From a virus: a stretch of DNA of 64,000 bases. The stretch's first letter is position 1, and every line of letters starts with the position of its first letter. Positions 30,644 to 38,326 of the stretch are shown in pieces. A program made the translations under genes and the position numbers. The stretch is taken from positions 47,849 to 111,848 of IMG/VR virus record IMGVR_UViG_3300020057_000035; one strand, written 5' to 3'. The notes under the pieces are model-generated. The model had not been told where the DNA came from. It did no database searches and saw only the letters and a program-made list of their open reading frames with translations.

Positions 30644-33133
30644 TTAGCCAACAGATCCATCCATTTGTAGCTCTATTAATCTATTTAGTTCTACAGCATA
30701 TTCCATTGGTAGTTGTTTTACGATTGGTTCTATAAAGCCATTAACAATCATTTTTGCGGCGGAATCTTCACTCATACCTCTACTCATAAGATAAAATAAT
30801 TGATCTTCACCAAGTTTCGAGACATACGCTTCGTGCTGAATATGTACATCTGATGAATCTATTTCCATCGTCGGATACGTGTCCGAGCGAGAAGTTTCAC
30901 CTACGAGAAGCGCATCACATCTTACATTCGATTTAATGTTTTCACAATTATCATATACTTTAAGTAATCCACGATAACTCGTTCTTCCACCATCAATACT
31001 TACTGATTTTGAAACAACTGTTGAAGTAGTATTAGATGCGCTATGAATTACTTTTCCACCAGCGTCTAAATGTTGTCCTTTTCCAGCAACAGCAAGAGAA
31101 AGTATTTCTCCGTGTGCTCTTTCTCCCATTAAATAAATGCTGGGATACTTTAGAGTTAAGCAACTTCCTCCGTTGAAATCTGTCCATTCCATAACTGAAT
31201 CTTCATATGCAACTGCGCGTTTAGTAACAAGATTATATACATTATTAGACCAATTTTGAATTGTTGTATACCTTACTCTTGCGCCTTTTTTAACTATTAT
31301 TTCTACTACAGCACTGTGTAATGATTCAGAACTATACACGGGGCTGGAACAGTTGTGAACAACAAAACCAGAAGCTAAATAACTATTAGGAAAATCAACA
31401 TTTAAATTATAAACAGGCTCTGAAATATCTCTAGTAGATATTTTTTTAATAGGAACTAGAAAATATTCTCCAGCGTCCCGTACTTCTCGTGAACCATTAC
31501 CCCCTTCTGTCCATTGAACTTGATACAATGCGTGACGCATTATATGCCTACCTAAAATTTCTCCTGACCCAGCTACTCGTGACATACTAATAGTAGAATA
31601 AATATCTAATGTAGCCATAATTGATTGAAGCTGAAGTGCCCACGTTCGAGAGGTAGTGTGTGCTCTTTTCCAATCTACATTTTTTCTTTTGATAACATTA
31701 CCATCACCATACATATATGTTTCTACCAAATTTTTAAGAAATTCTTTATTTTGTCCCATTAAGACAGAAGATAGTTTTTTGCTATATGATCTAGTTCCAA
31801 TATGATTTTTCATTGCATCATATCCTTCGTTTGTATAAACAAGAACTCTTCCCTCATGTTTTTTCTTGTCATAATAAACTGATCCGCTAGATCCATATAA
31901 ATATTTACAAATACTTTGAACTTCTTCAATATATTGTGTTTCATTAATATGAAAGGAGAAACTCAAAGCTTTGTATTTATTACATAATTGCGCAGATCCT
32001 TCAGCAAGATAATATCCAGCTAATCTAGCAAACTCTATAGGCATGTTAATATTTGACTTAATGTGTTTTGGTTTAGGGAACACTAAAAAGTCTCCATCAA
32101 GTACATCTTTTGCTTTAACCCATTCAGGAATAGAATTTATTAGTGATGGGCTATTAACTTCAGGTTTATTTTGCTTACGTTGTTTACGTTTTATTAACAC
32201 TTTAAGTCTTGGAACAATCAACAAGGGGTGTTCTCCCGTAACTGAAAAAGCACTATTTGGTGATATTGGTTTAAATGTAAATAGTGTTCCAGAAAAATCT
32301 CGTACTTGTGTAGCATTAACTCGGACAGGGCTACCGTTTTGATCTAATACATGATCTCCGACTTTTACATCTTCAATTCCAGACCAACTACCGTCCGCCA
32401 TGGATATTGATTCTCCCGCTATAAGACACCCTTCAAGGTAGTGGACTTGACTATCTTCATCAGCAATAATCAATGTTCTTTCGAATTGTCCCATTACTTC
32501 TGTATTGATTCTAAAATATGCCTGTAAAGGAATATCCACTTTTACACCTTTTGGTATATAAATAAAACTGCCCCCTGACCAACAGGCGCTATTAAGTGCG
32601 GCGTATTTATTATCTCCGGGAGGTATTATTGTACTAAAATATTCTCTAAGTAAATCTGGATATTCTATTAGTGCTTGATCTGTACTTAAAAATATAACAC
32701 CAAGTTTTTCAAGATCTTCCCTTAATTTATGATAAATAACAGTAGAATCCATTTGCGCTCCAACGCCAGCCAAATACTTCTTTTCTGCTTCTGGTACCCC
32801 TAATTTATCAAAAGTTGTTTTGATATATTCTGGTACATCTTCCCAAGAACTTTCGTCTTTATCAGAAGCTGTTACATAATACCTTATGTTATCAAAGTCG
32901 ATATTTTCTAGTTGATTTGTGCTTGTCCACGTTGGATTTTTTTGTTTATAAAATAAATCAAGTGATTTAAGTCTAAATTTTCTCATCCACTCCGGTTCAT
33001 TTTTCATATCAGATATTGTATTAATAATATCAGAACTTAAACCCTTATTAGATTTAAATACAGGAGGGGTGTCATCGTGGAAACCATACTTGGTTTCGTA
33101 ATTTTCTTCTTTTACTAATGTAGCACTGTTCAT
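30644..33133 (-). CDS. sufB: Fe-S cluster assembly scaffold SufB with intein
   Basis: WSGGSFIYIPKGV, PLQAYFRIN, GQFERTLII, HYLEG|CSSPVY, LHSAVVE, RYTTIQNW, FYLMSRG. Confidence 0.96.
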   Translation of the reverse strand: MNSATLVKEENYETKYGFHDDTPPVFKSNKGLSSDIINTISDMKNEPEWMRKFRLKSLDLFYKQKNPTWTSTNQLENIDFDNIRYYVTASDKDESSWEDVPEYIKTTFDKLGVPEAEKKYLAGVGAQMDSTVIYHKLREDLEKLGVIFLSTDQALIEYPDLLREYFSTIIPPGDNKYAALNSACWSGGSFIYIPKGVKVDIPLQAYFRINTEVMGQFERTLIIADEDSQVHYLEGCLIAGESISMADGSWSGIEDVKVGDHVLDQNGSPVRVNATQVRDFSGTLFTFKPISPNSAFSVTGEHPLLIVPRLKVLIKRKQRKQNKPEVNSPSLINSIPEWVKAKDVLDGDFLVFPKPKHIKSNINMPIEFARLAGYYLAEGSAQLCNKYKALSFSFHINETQYIEEVQSICKYLYGSSGSVYYDKKKHEGRVLVYTNEGYDAMKNHIGTRSYSKKLSSVLMGQNKEFLKNLVETYMYGDGNVIKRKNVDWKRAHTTSRTWALQLQSIMATLDIYSTISMSRVAGSGEILGRHIMRHALYQVQWTEGGNGSREVRDAGEYFLVPIKKISTRDISEPVYNLNVDFPNSYLASGFVVHNCSSPVYSSESLHSAVVEIIVKKGARVRYTTIQNWSNNVYNLVTKRAVAYEDSVMEWTDFNGGSCLTLKYPSIYLMGERAHGEILSLAVAGKGQHLDAGGKVIHSASNTTSTVVSKSVSIDGGRTSYRGLLKVYDNCENIKSNVRCDALLVGETSRSDTYPTMEIDSSDVHIQHEAYVSKLGEDQLFYLMSRGMSEDSAAKMIVNGFIEPIVKQLPMEYAVELNRLIELQMDGSVG
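31352..32428 (-). mobile_element. Intein in SufB, LAGLIDADG type, 359 aa
   Basis: CLIAGE start, TGEHP, LAGYYLAEG and YMYGDG, VVHN end, +1 Cys. Confidence 0.94.
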
Positions 33134-33137
33134 TTCA

Positions 33138-33503
33138 CTAACCTACTATTTCTCTAAGTCTGTCTAAAGCTTTTGGATCTATTAGTAGTCCATTAACTTT
33201 TATATTCATATCATCTACTATAATGTCATCTTTTGTTGGGTATGTCAAGTTTTTATCTAAAACTAAAATACCAGAAAGATGATTTAATATTCTTCTTTTC
33301 CACATATCTGCATAGTCTATACCACCACCAGACCAAACAACAATTAAACCTAGATTTTTATTATGCCATTTTTCTACTAAGTCTACAAGTTCTGTATTTA
33401 CTGTGTAATGATCACCTTTCCACACTGTAGTCCCTTCAGGAATGTGATTGGGTGGATCATGCCAAATTATCAACGTATTATCACAATCGCAGTATAGTAT
33501 CAT
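33138..33503 (-). CDS. HAD-superfamily hydrolase
   Basis: DCDNTL, WSGGG, IVDD. Confidence 0.75.
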   Translation of the reverse strand: MILYCDCDNTLIIWHDPPNHIPEGTTVWKGDHYTVNTELVDLVEKWHNKNLGLIVVWSGGGIDYADMWKRRILNHLSGILVLDKNLTYPTKDDIIVDDMNIKVNGLLIDPKALDRLREIVG

Positions 33504-33537
33504 TTTAAGAAAGGTGAAATCAATTCCTCACCTGTCT

Positions 33538-33566
33538 ACTATATCACACATGTAGGTGAATGTCAA
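33538..33566 (-). promoter_or_regulatory. sigma70-type promoter upstream of the HAD-sufB-ligase(N)-pseT run
   Basis: TTGACA-17 bp (ending TGA)-TATAGT. Confidence 0.6.
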
Positions 33567-34001
33567 TCACTCCCACCAATCGTACCAATGTTTCTTAAAG
33601 CTATTATTTCCGTCTTTCCATTTTTTATAGCCTTGATACATACATGTTTCTGGGTTAAATATTCCTTCATATGTTGGATATTGTTGAATCCAACAAGAAG
33701 CACCAGACGTAGGATTTATTGCACATAAATCTCCGCCGCTCTCATTATGTATAATATAAGCAAGTTCATCTAAAGGCCAATCATATTTTTCTGCATATTT
33801 CATCCAATTAAATCTATCTGGATGTTCATAGCAAGTATTATATACTGGTTTGGTTTCTCCTACAGAAGAAGCTATTACTTTTGATTGTTGTATTTCTGTT
33901 ATCGATGGGAAAAACTCTTCAAAGATATAAACTGTTGAGTTTGATGTTTGATTAAACATTGATAAAATCAATAATATAAAAAACAGTAATATGCTAAACA
34001 T
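33567..34001 (-). CDS. secreted lytic transglycosylase-like protein
   Basis: signal/TM segment, IIHNESGG...AINPTSGA..WIQ. Confidence 0.6.
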   Translation of the reverse strand: MFSILLFFILLILSMFNQTSNSTVYIFEEFFPSITEIQQSKVIASSVGETKPVYNTCYEHPDRFNWMKYAEKYDWPLDELAYIIHNESGGDLCAINPTSGASCWIQQYPTYEGIFNPETCMYQGYKKWKDGNNSFKKHWYDWWE

Positions 34002-34024
34002 AATACGCTCCTTATATGTAATTT

Positions 34025-34110
34025 TGGCTGAAAGTAAGTGATTCGCACACTTGAGGCTTTAACACCCGCTTGTTTTCAAGACAAGTTCTTCGTCTATCCA
34101 GTCACTTTCA
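34025..34110 (-). tRNA. tRNA-Ser(TGA) with atypical D- and T-loops
   Basis: TGAAAGT/ACTTTCA acceptor stem, CTTGT-CTTGAAA-ACAAG anticodon arm, long variable arm, GCCA end. Confidence 0.8.
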
Positions 34111-34114
34111 ATTT

Positions 34115-34188
34115 TGGCTCCCCCACTAGGTCTCGAACCTAGCCCAAATTTTTAACAGAAATTTATACTGCTACTATACTATGGAGGA
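34115..34188 (-). tRNA. tRNA-Asn(GTT)
   Basis: TCCTCCA/TGGGGGA acceptor stem, AATTT-CTGTTAA-AAATT anticodon arm, GTTCGAG, GCCA end. Confidence 0.85.
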
Positions 34189-34270
34189 ACTATATAAAAC
34201 TAAAATAATTCTTAAACTATTTTAACTGAGCATGTAAACTCAGACCTAAGAATTATTAATTTATTAAATT

Positions 34271-34346
34271 TGGCAAGGGTGACAGGAATCGAACCTGTAT
34301 TATGGGGTCTGGAAGCCCATGTGTTTATCCATTACACTACACCCCC
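34271..34346 (-). tRNA. tRNA-Trp(CCA)
   Basis: GGGGGTG/CACCCTT acceptor stem, loop TTCCAGA, GTTCGATT, GCCA end. Confidence 0.85.
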
Positions 34347-34374
34347 GCACTATATCTATTATACCACAAACTGA

Positions 34375-34959
34375 TCAATCCCAAAGCTGGGGTAGTAAAA
34401 CTCCTAATTGAACTACACACCATGGCACAAAGTTTTGTCCATAAAGTGCTTCTGGATCTTTTTTCTTTTGCATTGCTTTATAAGCAACAATAGAACTAAA
34501 TAACTGCTCTACTCCTTTTAGTTCTTCATGTTTTGCCATAAAGTTCATGTCGTGTTTACATGCCCATATATATCCAGCAAGGAATTGAGACATAAACTCT
34601 AATATTGTTTCTTCATTTTCCCAATATTTCTTTACAGATATTTTTATTTCTTTATATGGATTATCTTTATGAAAATGCCAACCTCTGGCTAGATTTTCTG
34701 CATCTTCTATAGATCTATATTTAGTCCATATGTTTTTAGTATTATATTTAAGATTATCATAATCATCTATGATTAATATATCAGACTTAATCCACGATAA
34801 AACTTTACTTCTTGCGTCATCTTCTCTTTGATCTTCGTCTCCCTTAGAACACGTAATGTAGTTAGAATTTATTAATTCAGTACATAGTTCACTAAAAACT
34901 ACTGCTTTATCGTCTTTCATATACTCTTTTAGATCAAATTTGCTTTTTATTTTTTTCAT
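34375..34959 (-). CDS. hypothetical protein
   Basis: 194-aa ORF with GAGG RBS. Confidence 0.65.
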   Translation of the reverse strand: MKKIKSKFDLKEYMKDDKAVVFSELCTELINSNYITCSKGDEDQREDDARSKVLSWIKSDILIIDDYDNLKYNTKNIWTKYRSIEDAENLARGWHFHKDNPYKEIKISVKKYWENEETILEFMSQFLAGYIWACKHDMNFMAKHEELKGVEQLFSSIVAYKAMQKKKDPEALYGQNFVPWCVVQLGVLLPQLWD

Positions 34960-34980
34960 ATTTGCCTCTTATTTTAATTA

Positions 34981-35054
34981 TGGAGTGTAGTTCAAGAATC
35001 GAACTTGATCCAGTTCGGCCACAACGAACCATTCTGCCAATAAACTAACCACAC
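34981..35054 (-). tRNA. tRNA-His(GTG)
   Basis: GTGTGGT/ACTACAC acceptor stem, GTTCG-TTGTGGC-CGAAC anticodon arm, TTCGATT, TCCA end. Confidence 0.85.
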
Positions 35055-35089
35055 AAAATCTCGTGCTACCCCCACAACGATACTAGTTA

Positions 35090-35452
35090 TCAACTACCGC
35101 AGGAGCGAGCTTTACCAGAACCATCTGCTGTCTGAAAACTTGAGCCACAAGAGCAACTTTTTGTTGCATTTGGATTGAAAATAGAAAAACCACTCTTCAT
35201 AATGTCTTCTACATAGTCTATCTCTACTCCATCTATGTGTTTAATAGAGTCTGGGTCGATAACTATCCTAACATCCTTTATTGATAATACAATATCATCA
35301 TCTTCTGCTTCTTTACTTAAAGCCATTGCATATTGGTACCCAGAACACCCACCACCAGATACGAACACACGAAATAATCCGTCTGGCATTTCTTTGTGAA
35401 TAAGTATCTCTTTAACTTTGTTTGCTGCCGTTGCTGTTAGTGTTAATTCCAT
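35090..35452 (-). CDS. iscA: A-type Fe-S carrier (IscA/SufA/ErpA, HesB family)
   Basis: GGGCSGYQY, NPNATKSCSCGSSF. Confidence 0.93.
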   Translation of the reverse strand: MELTLTATAANKVKEILIHKEMPDGLFRVFVSGGGCSGYQYAMALSKEAEDDDIVLSIKDVRIVIDPDSIKHIDGVEIDYVEDIMKSGFSIFNPNATKSCSCGSSFQTADGSGKARSCGS

Positions 35453-35458
35453 GTCTTA

Positions 35459-35488
35459 AGTATACATTACCTTTCCGTTAGTTGTCAA
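35459..35488 (-). promoter_or_regulatory. sigma70-type promoter, likely leaderless, for iscA
   Basis: TTGACA-18 bp-TATACT, ATG 6 nt downstream. Confidence 0.55.
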
Positions 35489-35695
35489 CCCTGTTGGGTA
35501 ATATGTCTGTTGGTTTACACTGTGTACAATTTATCGTTTTTGGTGACATTATTGAATTGCATTTTGGGCACTCCCAGCCATAGTTAGTTGAGGGCTGATT
35601 ACTATTACCCCAATCTACAACAACTTTTTCTAAATGATGATGTAATGCTGTCCCTTGTTCTTCTCCACATCCCTTACACATACGTCCGTAATTAC

Positions 35696-35986
35696 TCATT
35701 TATTCACTATTTCTTTCTTATTATGATTAATTTTTGCATAAATAGCCGTCTCTAGATCTATTCTATAGAATGCACATATATCAGCTATATATATAAATAT
35801 GTCTGCCAATTCTATTGAAAATCCTACAGGCTTCCCATCCTTAAAATAGAATCCGGGATAAAGATTAGGACTATCTGTTTCTGAATCTTTATAGCACTGA
35901 TATGCTTCTATTACTTCTTTATTTATATTTAAAAGTATTTCTTCTATTGATCTTTCTTTATTCCATTTTCCTTTTGCAGTGGACAA
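35696..35986 (-). CDS. MazG-like NTP pyrophosphohydrolase
   Basis: EVIEA...IELADIFI...IDLETAI. Confidence 0.7.
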   Translation of the reverse strand: MSTAKGKWNKERSIEEILLNINKEVIEAYQCYKDSETDSPNLYPGFYFKDGKPVGFSIELADIFIYIADICAFYRIDLETAIYAKINHNKKEIVNK

Positions 35987-36017
35987 AGAGTGAACATCCT
36001 GAATTAGTTCTTGTATG

Positions 36018-36392
36018 TTAATCTACGTCTTTCCCATCTTGGCTTCCACCTATATCTCCATTCCAAACATTAGTAGCTAATTCAAGTAATTTTCCAACAT
36101 CATCTCTAGAGTAATTACTGAGATCTATGTTATTAGTAGTAATTGTGCTTTCTACCTCAACCCTAGTTGTGACTTTTCCCCTAGTTCTTTCTAGAAGTAA
36201 TTTAATAGCTTCGATTGATGGTTTCTCTCTATATATTCTAATTGTTCCACCATTACCAAGTGGTTCTTCTCTCCAAAGACCCTCTATTAATTCTGTTAAT
36301 GCGATTGGAGTTTTAGACAATAAAGCATGTAGTTCTCTATCATTAGAGTCGTACATCTCTCCATATATTTCTTCTCTTGATTTTCTTGCCAT
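36018..36392 (-). CDS. hypothetical protein, possibly terminase small subunit
   Basis: AIKLLLERTRGKV and C-terminal IDLS pattern seen in TerS-like proteins. Confidence 0.35.
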   Translation of the reverse strand: MARKSREEIYGEMYDSNDRELHALLSKTPIALTELIEGLWREEPLGNGGTIRIYREKPSIEAIKLLLERTRGKVTTRVEVESTITTNNIDLSNYSRDDVGKLLELATNVWNGDIGGSQDGKDVD

Positions 36393-36430
36393 TTGATTTC
36401 TCCAAAACGTTTGTTTATATTCTAATTATA

Positions 36431-36979
36431 TCATGTAGGGTTGTTATTATTTAATAAAGCACTTTGAGCTATCCATAGTGCGTCTGCTGTATTGTCGTCT
36501 TCTGGAATTATTCCCCATTTTTTTATGGCGGAATCTATCATATCTTGTTTTGACGCCTTACCACTACCTATTGCTAACTTTTTAATACTCATAACGTATA
36601 CACAGGCACAGTGTATATTTCTATTTGCACAAATTAACTGTATGATTGCTATAATACCACCATACATATGCGCCGCTGCTGTTCCTATGTGTCTTGATAC
36701 CTTCTCATAACATATCAACAATTCTTTTGTTATATCTATATTTAATATTTGTAAAATAATCCAATCAATAAGCTCATTTATCTTATTATAAATTGCCAAA
36801 AACTGATCTTTTGTTTCTTCATTTTTTTTTCTTGTGAAGTTACTAGTCTTAGCATATAATATGTTTGAGTTTTTGTCAAGTACCGCTATTCCCATATGTG
36901 TTCCGGGATCTATACCAACATAGATCATCCATCCCACCTCAGGCCATATCTCTCTTTTAGTATCTTCTCCTCGCCACAT
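36431..36979 (-). CDS. ruvC: RuvC-like Holliday junction resolvase
   Basis: VGIDPG, CYEK, IKKLAIGSGKASK, DDNTADAL. Confidence 0.88.
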   Translation of the reverse strand: MWRGEDTKREIWPEVGWMIYVGIDPGTHMGIAVLDKNSNILYAKTSNFTRKKNEETKDQFLAIYNKINELIDWIILQILNIDITKELLICYEKVSRHIGTAAAHMYGGIIAIIQLICANRNIHCACVYVMSIKKLAIGSGKASKQDMIDSAIKKWGIIPEDDNTADALWIAQSALLNNNNPT

Positions 36980-37048
36980 TTTTTACATACAGATCTTCTA
37001 CCAAACAATAATTTATTTTTTATTTCTTCTTTAGAGAATTGAACAGCC

Positions 37049-37708
37049 TCAGTTGTCTCTATTATCCAATGATGAATACAGTTTTGGGTTTGCTCCATTT
37101 AGTATTTCCGCAATCGGTTTAGTGTTTTTCCTATGAACATTGGTTACTCCAAATTTCAATATCGCATCCATGTGTTGTGGTGTACCGTATCCTTTATGTG
37201 TTCCAAATCCGTATTCAGGATAAACAGAATCTAAAGAATGCATATACCTGTCTCTCACGACTTTTGCACAAATAGAAGCTGCCGAAACCTCTTTAATTTT
37301 AACATCAGCTTTAATTATTGGATAGCCTATGTCAAAATCGTGCGTTCCGTCTATAATAACACATATTTCAGATGGTAAGGAAAACTCTTTTTTAATTTTT
37401 AAAATTACTTCTTGAAATGCTTTTTTAAGAGAGTTTGTGTGTCCAATACTTTCTATTTCATCTGGGTATATAAAAAAGGTCGCCCAAGGAATACCAGATA
37501 GAGCTATTTTAGTAAAAAGATATTCTCTTTTTTTCTCTGATAATTTCTTACTGTCTCTCAGGTCTGACCAAAACTCTGGGATTTTTATTGGTGTTGCAAC
37601 TGCCCCACAAACGATAGGGCCAGCAAGTGGGCCAGTTCCTACTTCATCCGTTCCAATGATTCTTCCCTCTAATAATGCTTTAATTCGTGAAGAATATTTC
37701 AAATACAA
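37049..37708 (-). CDS. rnhB: ribonuclease HII
   Basis: GTDEVGTGPLAGP, DSKKL, IDG, AASICAKVVRD, HKGYGT. Confidence 0.93.
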   Translation of the reverse strand: MYLKYSSRIKALLEGRIIGTDEVGTGPLAGPIVCGAVATPIKIPEFWSDLRDSKKLSEKKREYLFTKIALSGIPWATFFIYPDEIESIGHTNSLKKAFQEVILKIKKEFSLPSEICVIIDGTHDFDIGYPIIKADVKIKEVSAASICAKVVRDRYMHSLDSVYPEYGFGTHKGYGTPQHMDAILKFGVTNVHRKNTKPIAEILNGANPKLYSSLDNRDN

Positions 37709-37882
37709 ATACAGTTTCTGTGTATTGCAGCAATTAGATTATTCTCTTTATCCAACACATAATATATATATTCTTCTCCACCATCATTATCCGGGACATT
37801 CACCTTTTCTCGTTGAAATAAAAGTGAATTTCTAAATAGATCTATATTATATTGTTTAGGTAATATATATCCGTTTTGGTTA

Positions 37883-38326
37883 TTAAACACAGACAATAAA
37901 CCTGCCATCTAGTATATTTTCTAACATCGGTTTTACTTGTATTTCCCAATTTAATCCACCTAAACCGCATCCTAACTTTGGTAATGCAATTTTATCGTCT
38001 TTTGAAACATGCTCACTTACTAAAATAGCATTTTGTTTAATTAGTTCAATAGAAGAAGAGTCTTTCCAATGTATTTTAGTAGGAAAGCATATTAAGGATT
38101 TTGGTTTTCCGTTTATATCAGAAGTGGTTATTGCTTTAGGCTTATCTTTTTTATATTGTATCGCCTTGCCATATAAGTACTGTAGTCTTGAATATTTATC
38201 AGATGCTTGCTTAGCCAAACCTGCTCCCATAACAGCAGTTCCATCTTTTCTGATTTGACAATTTGTGGGTATTATGATATAGTCACAATCTATTTCCCAA
38301 ATATCTATCCCAGCTACAGTAATCAA
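37883..38326 (-). CDS. macro-domain (ADP-ribose processing) protein
   Basis: VMGAGLAKQ, FPTKIHW, ALPKLGCGLGGLNW. Confidence 0.88.
   Translation of the reverse strand: MITVAGIDIWEIDCDYIIIPTNCQIRKDGTAVMGAGLAKQASDKYSRLQYLYGKAIQYKKDKPKAITTSDINGKPKSLICFPTKIHWKDSSSIELIKQNAILVSEHVSKDDKIALPKLGCGLGGLNWEIQVKPMLENILDGRFIVCV

Noticed and set aside
34025-34110. Possible tRNA-Sec or suppressor tRNA
   Set aside because: Anticodon is TGA (reads UCA, Ser) with a 7-bp acceptor stem
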